From assembly GCA_964270895.1 (NCBI GenBank), contig OZ185435.1: a DNA stretch of 64,000 bases; one strand, written 5' to 3'. The notes beneath the pieces are model-generated. The model searched no databases. It was not told the DNA's origin and saw nothing but the letters and a program-made list of their open reading frames with translations. A program made the position numbers and the translations under genes. Origin of the DNA: Podarcis filfolensis. Lineage: Eukaryota. Shown in pieces: positions 1 through 34,771 of this stretch (positions are counted from its first letter, which is position 1; every line of letters starts with the position of its first letter).

Positions 1-3000
1 CTGCGTTCAGCAAAAGTTCCACTTTTCTTTGCTACTGACCTTTGTCGTTCCTCTTTGCTTCTTTGTTTTCTGTTTGCTCAGGGGCATTCCTAAACTGACT
101 CTTAAATCATTAGTTCCTGTACACAATCGTTCCTAATTTCCTTTGAGTCCAGAAGAGTTATTTCTTGGAGTTTTAAAAAAAAAGAAAAAAAGATCACAGT
201 TGTGATCTTGCTTTTCTGACTGCCCTGATTCTTGGGCAGTTTTGGGTTGACTTTAGTTTTATGTTGTCTACTTTTATGTCTATTAGTTTTCCCACAGCCT
301 ACCAGTGTATCTTAAATTTACAAAGCACAAGTGCATTCTTAGGATCTCTTTAGGGTAGGCATAATAGTTCTTTGTTAAGTGATCCTAAGTATATATTGTG
401 GCTTAGAATATATAGAAGAAGTGCCATGCTATACCGTATATGCTAGCCAAGTTAGAACACATTGATGTGTCGCCACTGTATAAGGTGGAGGTTTAAATAT
501 TCCACCATTCTTTGAAGGAGTTTAGGCAGCCCGTTGGAAACTGACAAGTGACCTGCAGTTCACTTTCTGCTTACCTCTATTCTTTCCTATCCCTGCATGG
601 AGACACAGACTGACTTCTTAATTCTGACCCTAGGTGGGAGTTGGTTGACGCTGGATTTTTTATACTTGTTTTTGTAATCCTGGTTATCCTGTTTTGACTT
701 TTCATTGACACATTACTAAGTGCTACAAAGTATGCATGGGAGAATACACAAATTCAACCAAGGCCCTCGTGTACCATAGGTTTGAAGCAAATGATAAGAT
801 GTAGGTAATCATTTTGTCACTATTACTATACCTATTCTGGCATGTTCATGTTCATGACCATGAGCTGCTAGAAGTGCCCTGTTCAAATCTTCCCACAGTC
901 CTAAATTCCCCAGGAAGATTTAGAGCAAACCACACAGTCTCCTAAGCCTTTAACAAAAGTTTAATTTCCCAGAATTAGGGAAGATCCTACGTTCAAACAA
1001 GCATGGAATCTCCCAGTTTGGAATCTGACTTCTACCTGTGGTAAAGGAAGAAAGCTTTCGCTTGATAATTTCCCATTGAGAATCATGGGTGGGTAAATAG
1101 CAGCAGGGCAGACCCTCAAGACCCCCCAGATTCTGAGATTATGAGAGACCACATATTAGCTCTAAAATACTTTTCATTGATTTATACAGCTCTGCTTTTA
1201 AAAAACAATCAAGTGTGCTTTTTCTGACTACTGGAGAAGCAGAATTTTATACTTTTTGTTCATCTATATAGCACTTACAAACTATTAACTTCTGTACAAT
1301 AAGACCCTGGCCTCTGTTGATACTCTGATCTGTGTTCTTAGGCTTCTTGTTCAGAGTTGTAGTCTGCCCATTAGTGCTCTTTTATGTTCTCTCATTCTTG
1401 CTAGATCATTACTGGGGTTGGACAAGCCAACAGCTGGCAACGCTGTACAGTTCAACCTTTCTCTCCCTCTTCCTCGTGACCTCTGTCTATCTCGACAATG
1501 GTTGGGCCTATACAAACATTAACTACCATGAAACCTTTCAGCCACCACTACTTTCAGCCATAGGCTTGTTGGTATGAAACATTGAAGACAACAGCTGGAG
1601 TAAATGGTATGAGGAGTAGGGAAAGGGCACTTCACCAGGATTGGATTTTTTCTCTTGATGCTCCTGATAAGTATATAAGTACCTTCTTAAGGGTTCCGTT
1701 GCTTCAGTTTGGCAACTACTGGGCTTGGAAAAACTACTGCACCTCTGCTGAGAAATCATCACCTTATAATATAAGCAGTTTGAGAGAAACCTTGACCTTT
1801 ACAAAAATCAAGGTTTTTATTTTAGTATGCCAAACACCTACCATCATGAATGGGAAACAGAGGATCAGTGAGTCGCTTGTAGGGACTGCTTGAATGAGTA
1901 AAGGAGAGGAGGGTGGAATTAAAATCAGCAGACTCTATTATTTCAAATCCTTTCGATGTCCTTATTAGGAGCAGGCATTGATGGCTTTGACAGAAACCTT
2001 CTGTTTCAGTGAGGCTTGGCAGATCAAGAAATGACAATGATCTTTAACAGTCTTCATGGGAAGTTTTAATTTGCATAGTGTGATTTAATGGTTGACCAGA
2101 GAACTCAGATTTAAACATCTCATTCTCGTTTCCTGATGTTGCTGACATACCACTGGGTCGAGTGTTTGCCTTTTAAAGTAGGTGGGATTAAAGAATTTGG
2201 AACCTCATCAAGGCTTATTTACTTGAATATTGTGCGGTGTCTGTTTCCTCTTAATCTGTTATTTGAGTCTCTGCAGTCTTGGGTTTTCTTCTGCACCCTC
2301 CCTGGCTCCTGGACAAACAGCTAGCTATTATAGCCAGATGTGTGTTAATGTCAGGTCCATCTGACACCATGGCTGTGTCCCTTCCTGATCTTATTAAAGT
2401 CATCCCATTGCAAACTTGAAGAACAGTTATGTGGTATGGATCTGTCTGTGAAAACTGTTTGGAAGCTTTGTCTGGTACAGGATACTATCGCCTACCCCTG
2501 TAGAGAAATAGTGAGGTGGGCGCATAGTCGATTGATGTGGTTAGCATGCAAGTCTACCTACATTGCCTCTCTCCAATTTCCACTGATCCCCCCTGCCCTC
2601 AGGAGAAGCATTTCAGGGAGCACCGGATGTTGCAGTTCATAATCTACCTACATAAATGTTGGAGACAAGCCAGTAGGTTGGACTGAGACATCACAGTTAA
2701 GATTCAGATAAACCATAGTCTGGTATAACAGGAATGAGCATGCCATACTCCAGGCTCGTGCACTCCCCTCTACTCTGGTGCAGGCATGAGGATTTGTGTG
2801 GAAATCTTTGCTTCTTTTCTAGATCAACTGATCTAGAAAAACAAGCTAGCTTGTTTTTGTGAGCATAGTTAATATTAACCACAGTATATATTTTTTGGAT
2901 GACACATTGATGTATTTTTACTCAAAATTCAAAGCAGAAACTTCCAATCTCATGCCAGAGGAGAAGGGAAATGTCTGTGAAGCAGTGGCCAGGGGGTGGG

Positions 3001-3932
3001 GGAGAAAAGGGTAGGATATTTATTGTAACACTAAACCAAACATAGCCCAAAGAGGCGCCTGGTTCAGAAGCACAGACATCTACCAGTGCAGTGTATTGGG
3101 CTTTGAGTTTGATCATGGAAGGGTCAAATCCTTACTTGGCCATGATGTTCACAAAGAACTTGAGTAAATCTGTCCACTGGATTTTTTCAGCCAATAGTGG
3201 TTAAAGCAAAAGAAATATAAATACACCCCTTTTCATTGGAAAAGTGCTGTCAGAATGAAATGCATCTAAAAATATGAGATGCTAGGGTAAAAGATACCAA
3301 TGCACTGGTAATTTTATCTTTCAATCCCCTTTTTAAAATGAAGCTTCTGACTTTTTTGACTGAAGACAAGCCTTCTGTCTCCACCCTACAGATAATTTTG
3401 AGATTTTTTTTGTTACTAAGAAGAAAAGCAGCCTTAGCAGTTTTCTACTATTGCTTTTCCATGCTTGAGTTTACCAACAAAATCAAAATATTCTACTTTT
3501 AAGTTTATCTTTTGTCCTGTCTTTATCTGCACCTTCCTTTAAAGTGCATGCTTTAAAAATACACCTGACAATCTGGGAGAAATGTAGCCTTACTCATTTG
3601 CACTTAGAGTATTATTTCTGCTTAATGCTTCCCAGACAGATGATGTAATGATTGGATCTGAAATGCTGACAAAAAATCTCTTTAGGGCTATCCTCCGTTT
3701 CAGCCATCAACCCTGTTGTTAATTTATCACAGCTGAGAAATAATTTCACTAATGTCCCTTGTTTCCTGATGATGTGTTCTAAATCACTTTCTAAATCTCT
3801 TTACAGTGGTCCAACATTTGATTTAAAAATAAGAATAAGAATAATAATTCCACATTGTGGCCATCAAAAATGCAAATGAATACTCCCAACTGTGACGCAA
3901 TTATCATACCGACTTTTTTTTTTAATTGGCAG

Positions 3933-26938
<23,006 letters not shown>

Positions 26939-27383
26939 GGAGACCAGAGCGAGTTTGAAAGTTTGCTCCCTGCTCTGAACAATATAGCATAAATGCAGTA
27001 TGCAGCGGATGTACATCTAACCTACTAAAGTGCCACAATAACAAATGTTCCACTAATTTATTACTAATAATGAAGCCAACCATTTTAACAGATCTGGGTC
27101 GTGTTGCAGAAAACGTAATCTTTTTATGAAACATATTTGAAGTTAAGGGTACTGTTATCATCTTGTACTTTACAGCTTTCTATACACTTGAATTTTTAAA
27201 AAATTCATAGTTGTGTAATAAGGGGAGGACATTTGTGTTTTTTTTAAAATATGGCAGCAGAGTAGAATTTGATCAACAGTAGTAAGAGAAATTGACTAAA
27301 TAGTGAGTTGGAAACGGATTATTTTGAGAATTAACATGGGAAATACTGAACTCTGATCTTACATACTTATAAATACAGGTTGC

Positions 27384-27389
27384 AATAAA
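27384..27389 (+). terminator. Probable DARS1 polyadenylation signal AATAAA
   Basis: AATAAA about 450 nt after the stop, followed by a GT/T-rich tract (ttttgtgtgtgtctcttttttt). Confidence 0.65.
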
Positions 27390-27547
27390 ACTCCCTAACT
27401 ATTTTGTGTGTGTCTCTTTTTTTCTACATTGCAGAATTTGTCTGTATTTTTTTGTCAGTGTTCTGTCTTGGTCTTCAATACTAGAAAATAATTTTAAGCA
27501 GGGCATAATTATCACATAATTATGTGATATTTTACTGTATTTTTGGT

Positions 27548-27625
27548 TTTTATGGAAGCCGCCCAGAGTGGCTGGGGAGGCCCAGCCAGATGGGCGGGGT
27601 ATAAATAATAAATTATTATTATTAT
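27548..27625 (+). mobile_element. LINE 3' end (L2-like; family uncertain)
   Basis: aagccgcccagagtggctgggg...cagccagatgggcggggtataaataataaattattatt. Confidence 0.6.
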
Positions 27626-28087
27626 CTTGATCCCTGCTGAACAATGAACTATGCTAGGAGCCTTAATAACTGGCTTGCCTCTCAACCTCTGTATCTCACA
27701 GGACTATTGAGGATAAAAAGAGATGATCATGTATGTAAGCCTTAAGAGAATGTGCTTAAAACAGGTGCGAGGAACCTCAGGGCCACAGCATGGCAGGGGC
27801 ACTGTTGCTGAACTACAACTCCTATAATATTTGACCATTGGGCTTGGTGGCTGAAGCCGGTGGGAACTAGAGTTCAGTGACATTACCCATACTTTCTGAG
27901 ATTGTAAATCCTGGAACCTGAGATTGCTGAGATTGTAAGACTGGAACCTGCTCTCTTGTAAAGTGCCATGCACACTGATGCTGCTGTAAAATACAATAAT
28001 TTGGTCTTGTGATTTGAAATTGCAACTAAAAGAGCTAATAGTTACAGTTCTGTGTTTTTTTATTTATTCAGGAGTGAGATATTAAAA

Positions 28088-28130
<43 letters not shown>
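28088..28130. repeat. (ATT)n microsatellite
   Basis: Direct reading. Confidence 0.95.
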
Positions 28131-28131
<1 letters not shown>

Positions 28132-29128
28132 ATTGCTGGCCAGATTTTTAAGTGTTTCCAAGCAATTAAGCTGCAATGTGAGATTTGATGGTGGGTTGTA
28201 CCAATGTATATACAGAATTATGGTATCCTAATTTTCAGGGGCATTACCATTAATTAAAGGTCCTGATGCAGGAATCATTGTGTGCAAATTGCAGACACTT
28301 AAATAGACTTGGTCAAATGACACACTGATATTTTGTTTCATACCTTTTTTTGAGGATTATCACTCAAAACAAAGGTCTGGGCAAAAAATGGAAAGTGCAG
28401 AAAATGAGGACTATGAAGTCACCCAGTTGAGAAACCAGGTTAGGCAGCTTAGCTAATGGGCCAGCTCTGAGTACTAAGCACTGGCATGTTCCCAGAAACA
28501 TTTTTTTAAATGGGTTTGCCTGCGTGTGCACGTTCCCAGCTGTATTTGTTTGCTAAGTGGCTTATAAATAACTACTTATTACCACAATTTTATTGCTGTT
28601 AAATCTGGTTCCAGAAAGAGTTGTTTGTTCAGCTAATCCAACTGGAATCGATCAAATTCAATTACCTTTTCCCATGCAGAGCTAGTAGTATCTCTGGATA
28701 ATAGGCTTTATTGGATGCTTCATCCTAATAAATAAGAGAGTCGCTCACTGATTCATGCTGAAAGGTTTGGAAAATGATGTTTTAGGACAAATGAATTTAT
28801 TGCAGATTTCTGTTTGTTTTCTCACAGATCATCCCTTATGCCTTCATCCCATGTGTGTGGAAATGTCTTTGCTCCATATTGCTATGCTTAGTATGTCCGT
28901 TTGAGTAACTCACACAGATGACAGTAGTTCTTAAACATTGGTACCTGGTGCCCTGACAGTAGACAACCTATGAATTGGAGCACATTACACCCATTAAGGG
29001 GGATACTGCAAAAAATAACATCCCTGTATCAAGGTCTTCACTCCACCTTTACTGAATAGATTAGCCCACTGTAAGGATGGCTGCCACATGTTGTTTGTCT
29101 TAGTGGTCCTAGTTAACATTCCTAGTAA

Positions 29129-29478
29129 AGGTAAAGGGACCCCTGACCATTAGGTCCAGTCGTGACTGACTCTGGGGTTGCGGCGCTCATCTCGCTTTAG
29201 TGGCCGAGGGAGCCGGCATACAGCTTCCGGGTCATGTGGCCAGCATGACTAAGCCGCTTCTGGCGAACCAGAGCAGCACACGGAAACGCCATTTACCTTC
29301 CCGCCGGAGCAGTACCTATTTATCTACTTGCACTTTGACGTGTTTTCGAACTGCTAGGTTGGCAGGAGCAGGGACCAAGCAACAGGAGCTCACCTCGTCG
29401 CAGGGATTCGAACCGCCGACCTTCTGATCAGCAAGTCCTAGGCTCTGTGGTTTAACCCACAGCGCCACCCGCGTCCCT
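29129..29478 (-). mobile_element. Sauria SINE
   Basis: tRNA-like head GGGACGCGGGTGGCGCTGTGGGTTAAACC on - strand; tail ...CCCTTTACCT; 12-bp TSD cattcctagtaa at 29117-29128 and 29479-29490. Confidence 0.9.
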
Positions 29479-29581
29479 CATTCCTAGTAACTGTATGCAA
29501 ATACTTCTGCAGAAATCAACTCTAAACATGATACTTGGGGCAATTCCACTTCCATCCTCATGGTGAATGTCATGTGTGATC

Positions 29582-29948
29582 ACAGAATCATATACAGTGG
29601 TACCTCGGGTTACAGACACTTCAGGTTACAGATGCTTCAGTTTACATACTCCGCTAACCCAGAAATAGTACCTCGGGTTAAGAACTTTGCTTCAGGTTGA
29701 GAACAGAAATCATGCGGCGGCAGCGGGAGGACCCATTAGCTAAAGTGGTACCGCAGGTTAAGAACGGACCTCCAGAACGAATTAAGTTCTTAACCCAAGG
29801 TACCACTGTAATTGTGGAGTTGGAAGGGACCCCAAGGGTCATCTCCTTCAACCTCTACAATGTAGGAATCTCAACTAAAGTATCCATGACAGATCCAACC
29901 TCTGCTTAAAAACTTCCAAAGAAGCAGAGTCTACCACCTTCCGAGGGA
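29582..29948 (-). mobile_element. CR1-type LINE 3' fragment interrupted by MITE copy A
   Basis: cacagaatcata | attgtggagttggaagggaccccaagggtcatct flanks the MITE. Confidence 0.7.
29595..29808 (+). mobile_element. Tc1/mariner (Tigger-like) MITE, copy A
   Basis: TIR CAGTGGTACCTCGGGTTA; TA TSD both sides; 214 bp. Confidence 0.85.
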
Positions 29949-30251
29949 TGGGACAGGAGGGTAGATTCACAGAGTCTGCAGAGCCTTTGTAAATCAGCAC
30001 ACTGACAGTTGTCAGTTCTCAAATCTTTTTCCTCCCAGAATTCCTTTAGGTCTGTTTCTCCCTCAGTCATAGAAAGCCATATCTCAAGTCAGATCAATTA
30101 GCCCATCTAGCTTAGCATGGTCTGTATAAGAGATTGGGAAGCTGTGGTCTTTCAGATTTCGCTTGACCAGAGCTCATACATACATACATGCATACAGTTT
30201 TATTTGTAAGCCGCCTTTCGACAGTTCAAACCATGCTCAAGGCAGCTTATA

Positions 30252-30476
30252 CAGTGGTACCTCGGGTTACATACGCTTCAGGTTACAGATGCTTCAGGTT
30301 ACAGATTCTGCTAACCCAGAAATAGTACCTCAGGTTAAGAACTTTGCTTCAGAATGAGAACAGAAATTTTGGTCTGGCAGCGCGGCAGCAACAGGAGGCC
30401 CCATTAGCTAAAGTGGTGCTTCAGGTTAAGAACGGACCTCTGGAACAAATTAAGTACTTAACCCGAGGTACCATTG
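30252..30476 (+). mobile_element. Tc1/mariner MITE, copy B
   Basis: Same TIR and internal sequence; TA TSD; 225 bp. Confidence 0.85.
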
Positions 30477-30645
30477 TAACATGAAAAAATACATAACTAC
30501 AACGTAACAAAAGTAGTCATAAACAATAAACATTAAAAATACACAACCAATTTCCACATCAAACACAACAAAATCTAAAATAAATTGAAGCATACAATTG
30601 ATAGATACTATGGTAATTCTATATGTACCTATTTGTGACATTAAT

Positions 30646-33600
30646 GTTGTTGTTGTTGTTTAGTCGTTTAGTCGTGTCCGACTCTTCGTGACCCCATGGA
30701 CCAGAGCACGCCAGGCACCTCTGTCCTCCACTACCTCCCGCAGTTTAGTCAAACTCATGCTGGTAACCTCGAAAACACTATCCAACCATCTCATCCTCTG
30801 TCGCCCCCTTCTCCTTGTGCCCTCCATCTTTCCCAGCATCAGTGTCTTCTCCAGGGAGTCTTCTCTTCTCATGAGGTGGCCAAAGTACTGGAGCCTCAGC
30901 TTCACGATCTGTCCTTCCAGTGAGCACTCAGGGCTGATTTCATTAAGAATGGATGCATTTGATCTTCTTGCAGTCCATGGGACTCTCAAGAGTCTTCTCC
31001 AGCACCATAATTCAAAAGCATCAATTCTTCGGCGATCAGCCTTCTTTATGGTCCAGCTCTCACTTCCATACATCACTACTGGGAAAACCATGGCTTTAAC
31101 TATACGGACCTTTGTTGGCAAGGTGACGTCTCTACTTCTCAAGATGCTGTCTAGGCCTGTCATTGCCCTTCTCCCAAGAAGCAGGCGTCTTTTAATTTCG
31201 TGGCTGCTGTCACCATCTGCAGTGATCATGGAGCCCAAGAAAGTAAAATCTCTCACTGCCTCCATTTCTTCCCCTTCTATTTGCCAGGAGGTGATGGGAC
31301 CAGTGGCCATGATCTTCGTTTTTTTGATGTTGAGCTTCAGACCATATTTTGCACTCTCCTCTTTCACCCTCATTAAAAGGTTCTTTAATTCCTCCTCACT
31401 TTCTGCCATCAAGGTTGTGTCATCTGCATATCTGAGGTTGTTGATATTTCTTCCGGCAATCTTAATTCCAGCTTGGGATTCATCCAGCCCAGCCTTTCGC
31501 ATGATGTATTCTGCGTATAAATTAAATAAGCAGGGAGACAAAATACAGCCTTGTCGTACGCCTTTCCCAATTTTGAACCAATCAGTTGTTCCATATCCAG
31601 TTCTAACTGTAGCTTCTTGTCCCACATAGAGATTTCTCAGGAGACAGATGAGGTGATCAGGCACTCCCATTTCTTTAAGAACTTGCCATAGTTTGCTGTG
31701 GTCGACACAGTCAAAGGCTTTTGCATAGTCAATGAAGCAGAAGTAGATGTCTTTCTGGAACTCTCCAGCTTTCTCCATAATCCAGCGCATGTTTGCAATT
31801 TGGTCTCTGGTTCCTCTGCCTCTTCTAAATCCAGCTTGCACTTCTGGGAGTTCTCGATCCACATACTGTTTGAGCCTTCCTTGTAGAATTTTAAGCATAA
31901 CCTTGCTAGCGTGTGAAATGAGTGCAATTGTGCGGTAGTTGGAGCATTCTTTGGCACTGCCCTTCTTTGGGATTGGGATGTAGACTGATCTTCTCCAATC
32001 TTCTGGCCACTGCTGAGTTTTCCAAATTTGCTGGCATATTGAGTGTAGCACCTTAACAGCATCATCTTTTAAAATTTTAAATAGTTCAGCTGGAATACCA
32101 TCACTTCCACTGGCCTTGTTATTTGCAGTGCTTTCTAAGGCCCATTTGACTTCACTTTCCAGGATGTCTGGCTCAAGGTCAGCAACCACACTACCTGGGG
32201 TGTACGAGACATCCATATCTTTCTGGTATAATTCCTCTGTGTATTCTTGCCACCTCTTCTTGATGTCTTCTGCTTCTGTTAGGTCCTTACCACTTTTGTC
32301 CTTTATTATGGTAATCTTTGTACGAAATGTTCCTTTCATATCTCCAATTTTCTTGAACAGATCTCTGGTTCTTCCCATTCTGTTGTTTTCCTCTATTTGT
32401 TTGCACTGCTCGTTTAAGAAGGCCTTCTTGTCTCTCCTTGCTATTCTTTGGAAATCTGCATTCAATTTCCTGTATCTTTCACTATCTCCCTCGCATTTTG
32501 CTTGCCTTCTCTCCTCCGCTATTTGTAAGGCCTCGTTGGACAGCCACTTTGCTTTCTTGCATTTCCTTTTCATTGGGATGGTTTTCGTTGCTGCCTCCTG
32601 TACAATGTTACGAGCCTCCATCCATAGTTCTTCAGGCACTCTGTCCAGCAAATCTAAATCCTTAAACCTGTTCCTCACTTCCACTGTGTATTCATAAGGG
32701 ATTTGACTTAGATTGTATCTTACCGGCCCAGTGGTTTTTCCTACTTTCTTCAGTTTAAGCTTGAATTTTGCTATAAGAAGCTGATGATCTGAGCCACAGT
32801 CAGCTCCAGGTCTTGTTTTTGCTGACTGTATAGAGCTTCTCCATCTTTGGCTGCAGAGAATATAATCAATCTGATTTCGATACTGCCCATCTGGTGATGT
32901 CCATGTGTAGAGACGTCTCTTGTGTTGTTGGAAAAGCGTGTTTGTGATGACCAGCTTGTTCTCTTGACAGAACTCTATTAGCCTTTGCCCTGCTTCGTTT
33001 TGATCTCCAAGGCCAAACTTGCCAGTTGTTCCTTTTATCTCTTGATTCCCTACTTTAGCATTCCAATCCCCTATAATGAGAAGAACATCCTTCTTTGGTG
33101 TCACTTCTATAAGGTCTTGTAAGTCTTCATAAAATTGGTCTATTTCAGTTTCTTCAGCACCAGTGGTTGGTGCATAAACTTGGATTACTGTGATGTTAAA
33201 AGGTCTGCCTTGGATTCGTATCGAGATCATTCTATCATTTTTGAGATTGCATCCCAGTACAGCTTTCGCCACTCTTTTGTTGACTATGAGGGCCACTCCA
33301 TTTCTTTTACGGGTTTCTTGCCCACAGTAGTAGATGTGATGGTCATCCGAACTGAATTCGCCCATTCCCGTCCATTTTAGTTCACTGATGCCCAGGATGT
33401 CAATATTTATTCTTGCCATCTCATTTTTGACCACCTCCAACTTACCTAGGTTCATGGTTCTTACATTCCAGGTTCCTATGCAATATTTTTCTTTACAGCA
33501 TTGGACTTTCCTTTCGCTTCCAGGCATATCCGCAACTGAGCGTCCTTTCGGCTTTGGCCCAGCCGCTTCATCAGCTCTGGATCTACTTGTACTTGTCCTC

Positions 33601-33871
33601 CGCTCTTCCCCAGTAGCATGTTGGACGCCTTCCGACCTGAGGGGCTCATCTTCCAGCGTCATAACTTTTATATGCCTGTTGTCTTTGTCCATGGAGTTTT
33701 CTTGGCAAGGATACTGGAGTGGCTTGCCGGTTCCTCCTCCAGGTGGATCACGTTTGGTCAAAACTCTCCACTATGACCTGTTCATCTTGTGTGCCCTGCT
33801 CGGCGTAGTTCATAGCTTCTCTGAGTTCTTCAAGCCCCTTCGCCACGGCAAGGCAGTGATCCATGAAGGGG
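30646..33871 (-). mobile_element. Full-length Bov-B (RTE clade) LINE, 3226 bp
   Basis: 13-bp TSD ttgtgacattaat at 30633-30645 and 33872-33884; (CAA)n 3' tail; single intact ORF; Bov-A-like 5' (GGCAAGCCACTCCAGTATCCTTGCC) and 3' (CCATGGGGTCACGAAGAGTCGGACACGACT) segments. Confidence 0.95.
30660..33692 (-). CDS. Bov-B ORF: AP endonuclease plus reverse transcriptase, 1010 aa from the first ATG (open upstream to a TTG at 33761)
   Basis: EN motifs GTWNVRT, GISE, GDWNA, IDYI, SDH; RT motifs QAGFR, FIDYAKAFD, GVRQGCILSP, YADD, FLGS; no stops or frameshifts. Confidence 0.95.
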   Translation of the reverse strand: MDKDNRHIKVMTLEDEPLRSEGVQHATGEERRTSTSRSRADEAAGPKPKGRSVADMPGSERKVQCCKEKYCIGTWNVRTMNLGKLEVVKNEMARINIDILGISELKWTGMGEFSSDDHHIYYCGQETRKRNGVALIVNKRVAKAVLGCNLKNDRMISIRIQGRPFNITVIQVYAPTTGAEETEIDQFYEDLQDLIEVTPKKDVLLIIGDWNAKVGNQEIKGTTGKFGLGDQNEAGQRLIEFCQENKLVITNTLFQQHKRRLYTWTSPDGQYRNQIDYILCSQRWRSSIQSAKTRPGADCGSDHQLLIAKFKLKLKKVGKTTGPVRYNLSQIPYEYTVEVRNRFKDLDLLDRVPEELWMEARNIVQEAATKTIPMKRKCKKAKWLSNEALQIAEERRQAKCEGDSERYRKLNADFQRIARRDKKAFLNEQCKQIEENNRMGRTRDLFKKIGDMKGTFRTKITIIKDKSGKDLTEAEDIKKRWQEYTEELYQKDMDVSYTPGSVVADLEPDILESEVKWALESTANNKASGSDGIPAELFKILKDDAVKVLHSICQQIWKTQQWPEDWRRSVYIPIPKKGSAKECSNYRTIALISHASKVMLKILQGRLKQYVDRELPEVQAGFRRGRGTRDQIANMRWIMEKAGEFQKDIYFCFIDYAKAFDCVDHSKLWQVLKEMGVPDHLICLLRNLYVGQEATVRTGYGTTDWFKIGKGVRQGCILSPCLFNLYAEYIMRKAGLDESQAGIKIAGRNINNLRYADDTTLMAESEEELKNLLMRVKEESAKYGLKLNIKKTKIMATGPITSWQIEGEEMEAVRDFTFLGSMITADGDSSHEIKRRLLLGRRAMTGLDSILRSRDVTLPTKVRIVKAMVFPVVMYGSESWTIKKADRRRIDAFELWCWRRLLRVPWTARRSNASILNEISPECSLEGQIVKLRLQYFGHLMRREDSLEKTLMLGKMEGTRRRGRQRMRWLDSVFEVTSMSLTKLREVVEDRGAWRALVHGVTKSRTRLND

Positions 33872-34574
33872 TTGTGACATTAATATAATACATTAATTTC
33901 TACTTAAATTCATTTGAGGATTACTTCAAATGTTTCCACTTGGAAATAAATAAATTTGTATTTACTTCAGTTTGATTAGTAGGGTTGTTGACCATTGGGT
34001 ATTCTGAGGAAATAATGCATTTACAAATCTTTCATACCTTTTTGAATTGGCTAATTGGGTTGATCAATGTGTTTGTTGTGGAAATAAATGAATTTAGATT
34101 CATGAAATAAAATTATATTTAATATGCTTTGCAACTGGGTTGTTGGGTGCTGGGTATATTGGGAATATATGTAAATAAATGAATTTTGCTGCTTTTTTTG
34201 ACTGAGGTAGTCTGGGGCAAAGGGCCTCGTACTTTTAAAGGCTGATAACAAGTAGCCCATAGGAAAGCCTTAGCCTCATATTGGCTAGATACCTCGAGGC
34301 TGACGCGAGACACAAAAACGAAAGGAAACCTGCAGGTGGCTGAAAATAACTGCACTGCAGATTTGAAGAGCGTGGCTGTGTGGCGCTCACGTCCTGCTTT
34401 CGTGCTTCCCACAGGGCTTGAGCCTCTGCAAGAAGAGTAAACCGGGTCAGATGCGCCACTGCTCCGCCACTTTTTTCTACACTCCTACGCACAACTGCCT
34501 GGGAGTAAGCGTCCTTGGAAACAAGCAGCACTTACTTCTGAGTAGGCACGTTTAAGAATTCGAGTCCTTGCATT

Positions 34575-34666
34575 CATAAGGGTTGGAAAGGGACCTCAAG
34601 GGTCATCTAGTCCAACCCCATACAATGCAGGAATCTCCGCTAAAGCCTCTATGGCAGGTGGCCAGG
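34575..34666 (-). mobile_element. CR1-type LINE 3' fragment
   Basis: ttggaaagggacctcaagggtcatctagtccaacccc..caatgcaggaatct. Confidence 0.65.
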
Positions 34667-34722
34667 AGATTCCCCTTCTGCCAATACTGACCAACATTTC
34701 CTGCGGGAACAACCTCTGCCAC

Positions 34723-34733
34723 TTCTCAGTGCA

Positions 34734-34771
<38 letters not shown>

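Noticed and set aside
1-3932. DARS1 exon 4 or another gene at the left end
   Set aside because: No GKQCFLVLRQ-like coding segment found; treated as intron 4.
29200-29427. Similar short ORFs [16 protein letters not shown] / [16 protein letters not shown] (also 61443-61670) as a small gene family
   Set aside because: They are translations of Sauria SINE copies.
30688-33888. Long + strand ORFs (313, 193 and 166 aa) and a 142-aa - strand ORF overlapping the Bov-B ORF
   Set aside because: Antisense or alternate-frame shadows of the RT coding sequence; no recognisable domain.
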